A DNA stretch of 64,000 nucleotides from Octopus sinensis (GCF_006345805.1 NC_043006.1:83328001-83392000); one strand, 5' to 3'; shown: positions 1 to 13,660, counted from the stretch's first letter. Numbers and translations: made by a program. Notes: generated from the letters alone by a model not told the origin.

Positions 1-1434
1 TGAGTCGCAGAGAATGAAGGGGAAATATATGTGCGTGTGTGTGTGTCACAGAGAGAGAAGGGGAAATATATGTGTGTGTGAGTGAGTGTGTGTGTGTGTG
101 AGTGTGTGTGAGAGAGTGTGAGTGTGTGTGTGTAGTGAGTGTTTGTGTGTGAGTGTGTGTGTGTGTAAGTCGCAGAGAGAGAAGAGGAAATATGTGAGTG
201 TGTGTGTGTACGTGTGTGTGAGTGTGTGTGTGAGTGTGTGTGCGTGAGTGTGTGTGTGTGAGTGTGTGTGTGTGAGTGTGTGTTAGTGTGTGTGTGTGTC
301 TAGGTGAATGTATGTGTGTGGATGGTGTGAAAGATAGAAGGATTGTAGAGGTCGAGTGAGAGACGGACGAGAGAACTGGTAGATGGGCAGATGAATGTAT
401 GAGTGGTTGTTGTTGTGGTGGTGGTGGTGGTGGTGGTAGTGGTGGTGGTGGTTGTTGTTGTTGCTGTTTAACACCAGGTCAGTCGTGATGAAGCAGACCT
501 GTGATCGAAAACATTGCAGACATATCGCATCCAAATATATACACATCATCTGTTTTCACCCTTGTTTTAAAACGGTAGAGGGAAAAATTTGCTGAAAATT
601 TAACTGTTATTTCTAACATGTCGAATGACCAGTTAGAGGCGTTTCTTGATTGCTCGTGCGATTGGATGTAGAGAAGAGAGAGCGGGGAAGGGTGGAGGGA
701 GGGAAGGCGAGAGGGTCAAGTGGTATTGTACTACAATATCACTTCAGTGACTATGTGTTCAAAATCCTTTTAAGTATTTGGTTATATTTCTGGACAGGAC
801 ATTGTATTCTATATAATCGAAGTATGTTACCCCTAGTTACCGATAATGCTAATCTAGAATTGCTGGGGTGTCAGCATTCAATAGATCTCATCATTGATTG
901 ATAGATGACTCCGATCACTAACTGACACGATATACATGCACACAAACACACATGCATACACACACACACATGCACACAAACACAAACATACACACACATG
1001 CACACACACACACACGTACGCACACACACACACACTTTTGAGTGGTTTTGGTCGATGGAAACTGAAAGAAGCCCGTTATAAATATATATATATATAAAAT
1101 GTGCGTTTGTGTGTGTATGTGTGTGTGCGTGCAAGCTTGTGTTTGTCCCCCACTACTGCTTGACGACCGATGCTGGTTTGTTTACGTTCACGTTACCAAG
1201 CGGTTCGGTAAAAATACTGCGGCCAGTTTGCTCGACTGACCCGTTCAGGGTGTTGCCACAGCATGGCCGCAGTCTAATGACTGAAACTGAATATTTATAT
1301 ATATATATATATATATATATAAATTTCAAGGGACCTATTTTTACTTGCTGAGTCAGGGCAGTGTCTATCACTTTGGCAAACTCTCCAAGACCTGTGCGTT
1401 TGATACCGTTAATGTTCTGTTTAAACTCTTGCAG

Positions 1435-1486
1435 ATCCACATCTGCAGGAATCTTTTCTACTCTAGACACAAGGCCCCCTTCGTGT
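1435..1486 (+). CDS. Possible short exon (STSAGIFSTLDTRPPSC or alternative frame)
   Basis: Acceptor aaactcttgcag ending 1434 and donor gtacgt at 1487, in non-repetitive sequence; no recognisable homology. Confidence 0.25.
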
Positions 1487-1638
1487 GTACGTAAAAGTTC
1501 GTTTTGCAATCATCGCACTTTGAGTAAGTTCTACTCAAGCCTTTTGAATTAAACAACGCAGAGAATAATTTGTGCTAGTCTATCTAGTTTTGTCACGTAT
1601 TGCGGTATTATAAATTCGCTTAGCTTTATTCCTAAGCT

Positions 1639-1766
1639 CATAGTTCCAGGTTCAGTCCCACTGCATGGCACCTTGGGCAACTGTCTTCTAGTGTAGCCTC
1701 AGGCCGAGCAAAGCATTGTGAGCGGATTTGGTAGACGGCTTTCTATGTATGCAAATATCTGTGTGT

Positions 1767-1829
<63 letters not shown>

Positions 1830-2036
1830 CTTTGTGCCTCTTCACCACCCCACCCCACCTCACCGCTTGACAACTGGTGTTGGTGTGCGTATGTCCTCGT
1901 CATTTAGAGGCTCGGCAAAAGAAATAAGTCCTGGGATTGATTTGTTCGACGAAAACCCATCAAGGCGGTGCTCCAGTATGGCCGCAGTGCAGGCAAACGA
2001 CTGAAACAAGTAAAAGAATAAATAAAAAGAAGAATA
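1639..2036 (+). mobile_element. SINE family A (tRNA-derived, CORE-like, internal (TG)n)
   Basis: gttccaggttcagtcccactgcatggcaccttgggcaa...actgaaacaagtaaaagaata; matches the other copies in the window. Confidence 0.85.
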
Positions 2037-2039
2037 TAT

Positions 2040-2433
2040 TCTTTATTCTTATTCTTTTGTTCGTTTCAGTCATTTTGACTGCGGCTATGCTGGAGCACTG
2101 CCTTTAGTCGAGCAAATCGACCCCGGGACTTATTCTTTGTAAGCCTAGTACTTATTCTATCGGTCTTTTTTGCCGAACCGCTAAGTTACGGGATGTAAAC
2201 ACACCAGCATCGATGTCAAGCGATGTTGGGACACACACACACACAAACATATATACACACATTCATATGTATATACGACGGGATTCTCTCAGTTTTCGTC
2301 TACCAAATCCACTCACAAGGCTTTGGTCGGCCCGAGGCTATAGTAGAAGACACTTGGCCAAGGTGCCACGCAGTGGGACTGAACCCGGAGCCATGTGGTT
2401 CGTAAGCAAGCTACTTACCACACAGCCACTCCT
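2040..2433 (-). mobile_element. SINE family A, full-length
   Basis: Reverse complement has head gtggctgtgtggtaag...ggttcagtccc (A/B boxes), caccttggccaagtgtctt, internal microsatellite and an A-rich tail. Confidence 0.9.
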
Positions 2434-3219
2434 GCGGAATTCTCAGCTAGTTTCACTAAAATTTATTGGAACTGGCAAGTTTAGCGGATCGAACACTGGA
2501 ATATTCATCTTCGGAATCCACAGAGAGCCATTTAGCTATTTTTACGCTTTATTTTTTTTTCTCATCAATCTATAATTTGTGGGAGAAGTTGAGTCGAAGC
2601 CCGTCAGGCGGATTGTACCTGTAATTCAAAATCACGCTGATTCTGTCGAAAAATTAATTAATAACGGTGTGTCTGTGGAATATACAGCCACTTAGGCTTC
2701 AATTTAGAAGCGGGGTAATTCACTTGATCAAACAACTGAATCTTCATCGGACGAAGACCCACCACTATATGTGTGTGAGAGAGAGAGAGTATGTGTGTGA
2801 GTGTATGTTTTTTTGTATATGTTTGTATGTGTGAGTAGGTGTGTGTGTGTGTGTGTATATGTGTGTATGTGTATATTTGTGTGTGTGAGTGAGTGCATGC
2901 ATGCGTGTGTCTGTGTGTATAAGTTTGTGTTTGTTCCAGTATGGGCGTGTGCACGCGAGTGTGTGTGTATGTGTGTAATTATTATCACATGTTTAAGTGT
3001 GCGTTCTTACGTGTAAGTGTGTGTGTATAAGGGAGGGTGCGCGCGTGTGAGTGTGGATTCTGCGCATTTCGCTAAGTCGGTGCTTTGTGCTTCATACGTA
3101 ATATATGTGAGTGTATATGTGAACGGATGAGAACACGTGCATCTGCATGTGCATGAATGTGTCTTCATGCGCACGCGCGTGTGTATGTGTGTGTGTGTGT
3201 GTGTGTGTTTGTGTGTGTT

Positions 3220-3260
<41 letters not shown>

Positions 3261-3354
3261 ATCTAGTTTTGACCAGCTTAAAAACAGCTGATTGTTCAGT
3301 ATGTCGATCCCAAAAACTCAAAAGGAAGCGGCCACAATGGACGCTCACTGCACT

Positions 3355-3500
3355 ATTTCGGGTTTAGTAGTTACGGTGTTCAACTCACGAAAGAACAATT
3401 GTGGTTTCGATTCCTGGACTGGCTGCCGCGTTGTGTTCTTAAGCAAGACACTTCACTTCACATTATTCTAATTCACTCAGCTGACAAAAGTGACTAACCC
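3355..3500 (+). mobile_element. SINE family C, diverged
   Basis: gtttcgattcctgg...gcgttgtgttcttaagcaagacacttcacttcac...cactcagctg. Confidence 0.65.
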
Positions 3501-4149
3501 TTCGATTAGCCCACTGCTTCTCCACAGTCCCGACAGTCCATCCTGTCTTCTATTCAGACATTGTATAGTGGTCAAATTCGACATTACTCAATATCTACTT
3601 CATGTTTGATTTAAAGGAGATCTGGTTGTTATTTCTAGCAAGTCGGTCAACCGACCTCTTAGAGAAAGCCTTCCCCCGTTGTTCTTGTGGTTGCTGTTTG
3701 TTTTTTTGCTGCTGTGTATGTCTCTGTCAGTATGTGTGTGTGTGTGTGTGTGTGTGTGTCTTTGTCTATTCATGTGCATTCCTATGTATGTGTCTGTGCA
3801 TATGCTTGTTTTGTGTGTGTGTGCGTGTGTTACTATCTGCGTATGTGTACGTGTTTGTGTGTATGTGTCGGTATGTATGTGGTGTATGTTGTAGCTGTCT
3901 GTTTATGTGTTATGCGTAAATGTTGTGTATGTATGTGTGTATGAATGTTTGTGTATGAATGTGTGTGTATGTATGTGTAGTTGTCAGTTAATTCAGTAAA
4001 CAACCTGGTTCCTGGTGTATTATTCATTCTGCGAATCCATTCTTCTTCTTTACCATTCTATTGTTTACTGTACAACGGTTCTATTGGCACATCATTTTTC
4101 TATTAACAAAATATATATTTTTTTAACAGGGGTCAAAAAATAAAGTATC

Positions 4150-4188
<39 letters not shown>

Positions 4189-4194
4189 TCTCTC

Positions 4195-4225
<31 letters not shown>

Positions 4226-4994
4226 CAGATGTCAGTGGTAGTAAAAGCTAGAGAAAAAGGGACTCTGCCAGATTCTGAAATGCCCCAGTGCTTAAGACAC
4301 GCCGTATATCGCGGGAGCCCTTCTTTAATTCCACCAAGGGGTTAAGGGTACAAGGTGAGAAAAGGAAAGGATTAGATACCGTACCTTATAAGTTGGTGAT
4401 GTGGATGGCAATTATCATTGCATTGACGGTAACAAAAAAAAAAAAAACAACATTAGGGCGTCAACAAAAACATTCCTATAGGAAATCGAAACCGGCCTGC
4501 AGATTTTACAAGTAGAACGTCGCTGTCTGTAACACTTACTTGTATATGTCAACATTGAATTATGTTTTATTGTTTATAGAGCAGTTGAAAAATGCCTGTA
4601 AAATTACAGTCAGTTTATAATGATATTTACAGTAACGATTTAACGGAAGTATTAGAACGGAAATAACAGTTAAAGTGACATTTGCCCTTCATGAAACCCT
4701 ATAAATACTAGCGGGTTCATTTATTCGTAAAGCAGACGTCACAAATATTTGCTTTCATGATACTGCAAAAAGGATTTGGAATCCCGAATTGGTTACCTCC
4801 TACGCCATAACACATCACCACACCACTACAATCACCACCACCGCCGCCGTTTTTATTTCAGCTCGTTTTACTTATTGTTTTGAGAAAATGGGTGCGATTT
4901 ATTTATTTATTTATTTGTTTTTCCTTGATGACAATTTTAAAAGACATTCGTGTCGAGTTAATCCGTTAATGATGAATAACAAGCATTCTATTAG

Positions 4995-5485
4995 AATCCG
5001 AATTTAGGCACAAGGACAACAATTTCGGGGAGTGGGGCTCGGTAAAATGATATCATCGACCCCAGTGTTCAAGTGGTATTTATTTTAGCGGCGAGCTGGC
5101 AGAAACGTTAGCACGCCGGGCGAAATGCTTAGCGGTATTTTGTCTGGCGTTACGTTCTGAGTTCAAATTCTACCGAGGTCAACTTTGCCTTTCATCCTTT
5201 CGGGGTCGATAAATTAAGTACCAGTTACGCACTGGGGTCGATGTAATCGACTTAATCCGTTTGTCTGTCTTTGTTTGTTATCTCTGTGTTTAGCCCCTTG
5301 TGGGTAGTAAAGAAATAGGTATTTATTTTATCGACCTCGAAAGGATGAAAGGCAAAGTCGACCTCGGGGAAATTTCAGCGCAGAACATACAGACGGTGGA
5401 ATTTGAGCGCAGAACATACAGACGGACGAAAAGTTTGCTACTACGCATTTTGTCCGGCGTGTTAACGACTCTGCTAGCTCGCCGC
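4995..5485 (-). mobile_element. Older SINE family B copy interrupted by the 5088-5317 insertion
   Basis: Halves 4995-5087 and 5318-5485 join into one antisense copy. Confidence 0.8.
5088..5317 (+). mobile_element. SINE family B, young copy with 13-bp TSD, nested in an antisense family B copy
   Basis: gcggcgagctggcagaaacgttagc...gagttcaaattc...gcctttcatcctttcggggtcgataaattaagtaccag; TSD ggtatttatttta at 5075-5087 and 5318-5330. Confidence 0.9.
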
Positions 5486-6123
5486 CTTCTTCTCGACAAC
5501 TAATGTCTTTAATTAAGGTCAATTAAGAATGATAACGGCAACAGCCAAAACCCCCCTTTAATCACACACGTTTTTTATAATCTTAAAAAAAGTCACAATC
5601 GATAATGTGACTACTCGTTACTCTTTTACAAAGTAGAGAAAGGAAACAAGATGGTCACGAGTGGAACGCTTTTGACCATAGCACTCGCCTGTTTGGTTTT
5701 TTTTTCTTTATCCACACAATTATTATCTTTTATCCCTTTTCTCCTCTTTTTCCTCGTTTACATATTTTTCTCTCTCCCTTACCTCTCCCCCACCTTCCCC
5801 CTCTCTTTCTCTCAGATATCAGCTGTGTTTAGAACTGGTGAGCGATAGCGATAGGCTCTACCAGGTTTTAAAATATCCTAGGCATGATGAAGTATGTCGC
5901 AACAGCACACTTATCTTATTCATCATCAGAAATTAAAAGCCTCAAGGTAACCAGAAATTTTACTCAATCAGCACTCTCCTGAGGCTTATTAACAACAGCA
6001 CCAATAGCAAATATCACAACCATCAATGTGATATTGTTTATTTGTAAAACCAATAGTGAGACAGATTAACGTGACAGATTAGGGTCAAGTGAGAATTACA
6101 GTAACTAACAACCTTGACTACTG

Positions 6124-6340
6124 CATGCAGGGTGCGGCAGAAAAACCTCCCACATTTTGCACGGCTACTGATGTGGTACTATTAAAGTTAGACAGATGAC
6201 AAGGGTCTCTGTAAGTAGCTAATGTTTCATTGTTTGATCCTTTGTGTTACTAATATGATTTAGATAAGTAGATATCAGACGTTTATTGTGAAAATGCATA
6301 TCGAGATTTGTAAATATTAGAGGGGGTTTGCCGTAACCAT
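6124..6340. mobile_element. Possible decayed Tc1/mariner-type MITE
   Basis: cagggtgcggcagaaaaacctccc ... gggggtttgccgtaacc form imperfect inverted ends. Confidence 0.3.
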
Positions 6341-6407
6341 TAAAAATACCTTGAACAGTGGAGGCGCGTGGCCTTGTGGTTAACGTTTTCGGATCATTAC
6401 TAGAACG

Positions 6408-6530
6408 TCTTCATCTTCTTCTTCTTCTTCTTCTTCTTCTTCTTCTTCTTCTTCTTCTTCTTCTTCTTCTTCTTCTTCTTCTTCTTCTTCTTCTTCTTCT
6501 TCTTCTTCTTCTACTACTACTACTACTTCT
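6408..6530 (+). repeat. (CTT)n(CTA)n microsatellite
   Basis: Direct reading. Confidence 0.95.
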
Positions 6531-6900
6531 GCTCCTTCCTCTTTGTTTTTCTTTTTCTTTTCTTCCTCTTACCCTTCTTTTTCTTCATCTGTCTAAAACT
6601 TCATCATCATTATTTTATTCATCTTCTTTTTGATCATCTTTTTCTTCTGTCACCTCTTATATCTTCTGCACTTTATCACCCGAGCTCTCTCTCCCTTGTT
6701 TCTCTCTCCACCCCCCCTCTCTCTCTCTCTGTCTATCTCAATAACAATAACCTCACTAAACAAGAAAATCAATAGTTTTTAATTTCAACCTGTATCCATA
6801 AAACCTGTTAAATGTCACAGTTGTAGTGTATGGAGAGAAAAAGTTAGCCGTTAGTATACGTGTGTGTACCCGTGTACACCACACACATACACACACACAA

Positions 6901-6981
<81 letters not shown>

Positions 6982-7100
6982 ATGTGGAGCTGTGTCTCAT
7001 ATGTAAGTTTGTGCGGGTCTTTTTGTATATGTGTGTATATGTATATAATATTATTATATATATATTATATATATATATAATATATAATATATATATGATC

Positions 7101-7163
<63 letters not shown>

Positions 7164-7789
7164 TACATATATATATAGGTGTGTGTATGTTGCATATATT
7201 GGAGACCTTCGTACGTCTCATGGCATCTGAATGTTTCTTTCCAAAACGCCAAGACACAGATCAGGGCATTTCTTTTTCTTTTGCTTTTCAATGAAAGGCC
7301 AACAGTTACTCATATATGCAAGGTTATCTCGCTGTTGGAGAACGAAATCCATACCCTGGATGTATTTGTTAACAATCCTCAAAATAAAAGGGAGATAACT
7401 TTAAGAAATTAAGAATTAATTTCACAAAATTATATTACGATAATTCCCCGTTCGTAGCGGGGAGTCTGAGGATACTTATCGAGCGTGTTGTACTACAGAA
7501 TCTGACCTGAAACCCCTTTTTAATTGCAAACGAACCTCTTAATTGAATCCTTTGCGCTGATTGTTAGCGACATTTAACAAAAATAAGAATTATTTGACAA
7601 AATTAAATCAGACATTTTGTGGGGAATCTAAGGACAGTTATCGAATGTGTCGCAAAATAAATTCGAACCCACAACACTCCTAGTTGCAAAGTGAAACGCT
7701 TAAGCAAAATTCTAGCAGTAATTTGTTGACAACTCTCAAAAATGGAATAAATAATTGTTTAGCCAAATTGACGAGCTCACCAATTAACT

Positions 7790-8112
7790 TGTCTATGTGG
7801 TAAGAAGTTTGTTTTCCAGCCACATAGTTCTGTGTTCAATACCGTGTGGTCCCTTTGAGGAAGTATCTTCTATAACCCCGGGCAGACCAAAGACTTCTGA
7901 GTGGATATGGCAGATAAAAACTGAAAGAAGACTGTCTTGTATATGTGTGAGAGTGTGTATGTGTGTGTTTGTGGTCCACAGCCGATTGTCAATCGGTATT
8001 GGTTTGTTTACGTCCCTGTAACGTAGAGGTTCTGCATGTGACACCAATAAACCCTCTTTCAAGGCGGTACACCAGCGTATCCACAGTTCAATGACTGGAA
8101 CAAGTAAAAAGA
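7790..8112 (+). mobile_element. SINE family A, diverged
   Basis: tgtggtaagaagtttgttttccagccacatag...actggaacaagtaaaaag. Confidence 0.8.
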
Positions 8113-8505
8113 CAAAACATAATTAATTTCACAAAATCAATTTACGTACTTAATGAGGAATCTGAGGATACGTACCAAATCTGTCGCTCAATGGAATTGA
8201 GCCCGAAACGCCCTGAGTTGCGAAACGAACATCTTAATCATTAAACCACACAACCATACGAGGGCCTGTTGTGTGGGAGAGTTGCTCTCCATTGGCTTAA
8301 CCCGGCTACATTCGCCATTATCTACTATTTACTGATATTTACGTTATCAACATGGGAGAGATGAAAGGCAAAATTCAACGTCTACGAGATTTCAACACGT
8401 AACCGACCGATAGGAACCCAACTAAATTTTATCAGCACTTTAACTATCTTGGCCATCTCTAACAGCCTTTTGAACTCACTCATATCAGTGATGGTTATTT
8501 AAAAG

Positions 8506-8556
<51 letters not shown>

Positions 8557-9315
8557 GCATACATACATGCATACATACATGCATACATACATAACATACA
8601 TACATACATATACACACATACACAAGTATACGAATACACATGTATACACATATACATATACAAGTATGTATACATACGTATATGTATGTATATACATGTA
8701 TATATGTATGTATGTATATATACATGTATATATATGTATATATATACATATATATACATGTATATATATATGTATGTGTATATATATATGTATATGTGTA
8801 TATATGTAAGTGTGTATGTAAGCATATACATAGATATATATGTAAATACATACATGCGCGATGTACATACGCATGGACATATATAAAACTGTATACATTA
8901 ACTTACATCTATATGTGTATACATGATATACTTACATATGTATACGTAGTTTCATATATAAATATATTTACATATGTGTGTGCACGTGCGTGTATAGATA
9001 CGTACGTATGTCTACTCGCGAACACATACACATATACATACAATATGCATGCATATATACAAATATATATATATATATACACTCACACACATAGTTACAT
9101 GAATAAATATATATAAATACGTAAGTGTATATATATATATGTATAAGATTAGTTGAGTTAGATGTCAAAATAACCGTCTAAGGGATAGAATTATCCATTA
9201 CACTACCGGTATATTACATATATTTAACCATGGGCCTATATATATGCAAACATATTATGTTCATAATATGTAGGTTAAGACAAGGATAAACATGGGTTTA
9301 TCAAGAATCAACATT

Positions 9316-9736
9316 TAAAGAAAATAGGAAATGGGGAAGTACTGATGAATAGCAATTAACTTACACCAATTATTATTTATTAATTCAATGCAAATATACT
9401 CCACCCCATCTAACAACTGTTTCTGCTTCCAATGAGACACACAAGAAAAATGGTATGGTCGCAACCATTTTCAACTTTTTCCCTTTTTCTTCTCTATGCT
9501 CGTCTTCTTTATTTATTCTTCACTCTAATGTAGCTCCTCGTTTCAGATCGGTTTTATTACCAAATATGATTAATATTTTTACATATTTTTGCATATCAAT
9601 GCCAATACCATATATAATACTGGAAGCAGAAACAGCTGTTAGAAGGGATGCAGTCTATCTGCATTCAATTAATATATAACAATTGATGTAAGTCAATTGT
9701 TGTTCATCAATACTTCTCCATTTTCTGATTTCTTTA
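9316..9736. repeat. Diverged inverted repeat, ~116-bp arms, 189-nt spacer
   Basis: 9316-9431 versus the reverse complement of 9621-9736. Confidence 0.9.
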
Positions 9737-9839
9737 TAAATATATATAGGGAAAATTCACAAAAAAAAACAAAAGACGAAGATAGGTGGTGTAGACAACA
9801 AATAGATGTATTAGTATAACATTCGGAAAGTGAAAAAAT

Positions 9840-9875
9840 CTTTAACGTTTCGAGCCTACGCTCTTCCACAGAAAG
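9840..9875 (-). ncRNA. Minimal hammerhead-like motif, core variant CUGUGGA
   Basis: Minus strand CTTT CTGTGGA A GAGC GTAG GCTC GAAAC GTT AAAG: same stem II and III design as 63724, stem I CTTT/AAAG; A6 replaced by U. Confidence 0.6.
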
Positions 9876-9926
9876 GAACACAGAAAGAAACAAGGAGAGA
9901 AAATAGAGAATGTGTAGTGGCTAGCG

Positions 9927-9984
<58 letters not shown>

Positions 9985-10672
9985 ATATGCATAAATACAT
10001 AAATACATACAGTTATATGTATAAATATATATAAATACATAAGTATATATATATGCATAGATACATACATACGTGTGTGTGTTTATGTATATGTGCAAGG
10101 GAGTACGTATCATGCCTCAAAAGAGAGATTTGTCAACAGCATGAAGGCAAGACAAAAACTGTAAAGTTGATGCTAGAAAATGGCTTAATCTAATCACAAC
10201 CTGCATCACCACCACCTTTCAATGGTGGCTAATAACATAAGAGTAAGACGTACAACAGATGGCAAAGAGGACACAGTCACTTTGAATTTGCATAAGACAA
10301 GCAATTTAAATTCTCTGATTTAGACCCTAATACCTGGTGATCGATCAAATTCCACATATAATCACCTGAGCTATTTTGATCTTTCGTTTTCTTCCTTCCT
10401 CTCTTCTCGTTCTCCTTCTTTCTTTCTCTCTCTCTCTCTCTTTCTTTCTTTCTTCCCTCTCTTTCTAGGTTTCACTTTTCACCCTTTCTCTCTTAGCTAA
10501 GCATTATGCCCTTTCTTTGTCTCCATTTGAACGGACGTTAGTACGAAACTTCAGCTAAAAACAACGACAGACGAAAGATGTTATTGATTTCTTTATGTTA
10601 GTTTTACGTGCCTATTTCTGCTAGCTTTATGTACGTTGTTGATTGATGTCAACTACGTAATAATCTCCAGTA

Positions 10673-10744
<72 letters not shown>

Positions 10745-11573
10745 TTTATAGCTAGAATGTAGTAGAAATAACTACTTTGAATAATTTACTTAGCTACTAT
10801 TATACTAATCTTATATTTTGACAGTATTTACATTAAGATATCTAGCGGAGCAGTGTATATTGTCTTTAATGAGAACCTTTCACCGTTTTAAAATGATATT
10901 ATTGTCGGCTTAAGACAAACACAGGGTTTTAAAAGCAACAACATAGACGTTACACGTATCAAAAATTGAATTAAAAGTCTTATCATTTCACAAATTTCAA
11001 GTGTTTAAAACAGCTTTTGTTTTAAGTTCGACTTCTCTAGTGCATTGCTTCTGAAACGAAGCAACGTCAGAAATACATAAGTGCGTTGTAGAATTTTAAG
11101 AATATATGGTAAAAGGCTTTAGATGATTTATATTAAATTAGCTTACGTGCTTCAGAATTTAATGCGCGCGATTTTGTTATGCACAAGTATGATTAATGAA
11201 ACTGGATATGCAGTAGTTTTATATATTTTTCATAGAGCTTTTTCACAATAAATGTTTTTTAAATAACCATGCGATGGGCGCCAGAAATTTATTGTTATTA
11301 TTATTATTATTATTATTTGATTTTGAGTGTTCCACGAAATGCAAAACATTGAAAAGCACTACTCTAGTATTAAGGATACGGAAGATATATGCTCCCTGGA
11401 AAAGACGCAAGTAACGTACCCAGAATTTTTAGCCCCTATTTCCGACTGTTGCATAAACTAAAGCAAATACTAGATATGAATGAGCCTCGAAGGCAACTAC
11501 GTTATCGTCAAGAAATGGTAGCCACCTCTGTCGGTGATCATTCCCTACCGTTTTAATAAAAGGATTAATGATG

Positions 11574-11639
<66 letters not shown>

Positions 11640-12889
11640 TAATGATAATAATAATAATAAAAGACAATACAATAATATTAATAAACAATGTAGTCCCTGA
11701 TATAAATATAAAAAGATGGGATAACGACTAGAGCTACTTTGATCATAGATAATTTTGTTCCCAGAGATTGCACGATCATTTAACAGCGAGAGATTTGCGT
11801 GTACTATAACAATATATGGCCAAATTTCTTCAAAGTGTATTTTGGAAATCATTGGCCAACATCCAAAAGTGATTAAAAAAGACTAAGTGAGTCCCTAAAG
11901 AGAGACACTTCCGATCTCTGTTGCTCCCAGGGCTATAAAATTATTCAGTATCTTACTATATTTGTTATGCAACTTAAACATGAAAACATTCCCACGAGTC
12001 CCACCGTCTGAACGAATAGTTTTACTTATTACCTGTATTTCTGCTATGTACATGTAACTATTCTTATGTATGATTTCCTGGTTTAATATATATTAAATAT
12101 GTTACCATTTTTGCGAAAAGTGCTATAACAAAAACATGGTTAAAATCATAAAGAAGTATGTCATATTCTATACATAGGTTTATATGTCTAAACCCAAAAA
12201 GACATATGGTCAAAGGCGTACCAGGAACGACCATTTCATTTTTTCTAGACTTCGTTAGCTATGGTGTAATTTCAAGGGAATAACTTGAGGGGGATTCGAG
12301 TGCAATTTCTAACAGTCTTGCGGCCATGTTGATTCCTTCTTTGGCTGATATTCGAGAGGTATCTACGCTCTTCTCAAATAAGTAGCAGTTTAAGAGAAAT
12401 GTACTTACATCCATCAAGATTCGAAACACCGGCTCTAGTCATAATCTCAGCTTGACAAACATCTGTTTATCTCCTTTTTCAATAGCACCAATGAAAAGTT
12501 CATGTCTATTTTGTATATATATAGATATATATATATATATATATATAATATATATATATATATATAACATACATATATGTATGTATGTATGTATGTATAG
12601 ATGTATATATACACGCGCGCGGAGCACACATGTATACATATATCTACACATACATACACACACAAACGTGCGTATGTGTGTGTGTTGTGTGTATTTTATG
12701 TATATATAATTATATATATATAATATATATATTATATATATGATATATGATAGGTGCATATGTATGGAGGCACAGAGGTCGGAATATAGGAAAAGGGAAA
12801 AAAAATTATTGTAATAGTATATATGTGTGTATGTACGTGTGTGTTATATATATATATTATATATATATATATTATATTATGTGGTGTGG

Positions 12890-13563
12890 GTGTGGTGGTG
12901 TGTGTGTGGTGTGTGTGTGCGTGCACGTGCGTGCGTGCGTGTGTCTGTGTGTATTTACTATTTAGTTCACACTGTGAGAGCGATACTTTCTTTTGAGCAA
13001 AGGGACGAAACATATCACCTCCACTGTGCCTGTCACGATCAGAGATAACTTCTTGTCTGTTCAGAGTATTTCTAAAAACAGGTGTACAACATATTTCTCT
13101 ATAGATTATTATTATTATTGTTGTTGTTGTTGTTGTTTTGTGGTGGTGGTGGTGGTGGTGGTGGTGGTGGTGATGTTGTGTTATTGTGTGGTTGTGTCAC
13201 TGATTCTGCCGTGTAGTGTGCGTGTTGTAGATGCGTTTGTGTATGGACGAAATCAATTGGTGGGCACGAAAGAAAAAATAGAGTTGATGTCCCACTGATT
13301 ATGGAGAAAGGAAGGCGGGGGTGGGAGCACGAAATAGCATCGATGGATTGTCTTGTGCCGGAGTTTATTAGGACATGAACTTGTAAAATTGGCAGCCATT
13401 TTTTCTTATATATATATATACAATATATATATCACATTTCTTTTAGCTCACGACAAAGGAAAGATGTACAGTCCCCTTTCTTATCGACAATCAGATCCAT
13501 CAAAATTGGAGAAGTGTCGTTGTCAAATGTAGTCACTTGCAATATCCTTTTCCACTTTCTCCT

Positions 13564-13660
<97 letters not shown>

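Noticed and set aside
10525-10560. gaacggacgttagtacgaaacttcag; similar half-motifs at ~2740, ~12420, ~15560 and ~45405
   Set aside because: Only one half of the hammerhead core is recognisable in each.
11389-11556. 55-aa ORF MLPGKDASNVPRIF...
   Set aside because: No splice signals or recognisable homology; the overlapping frame is similarly open, so probably chance.
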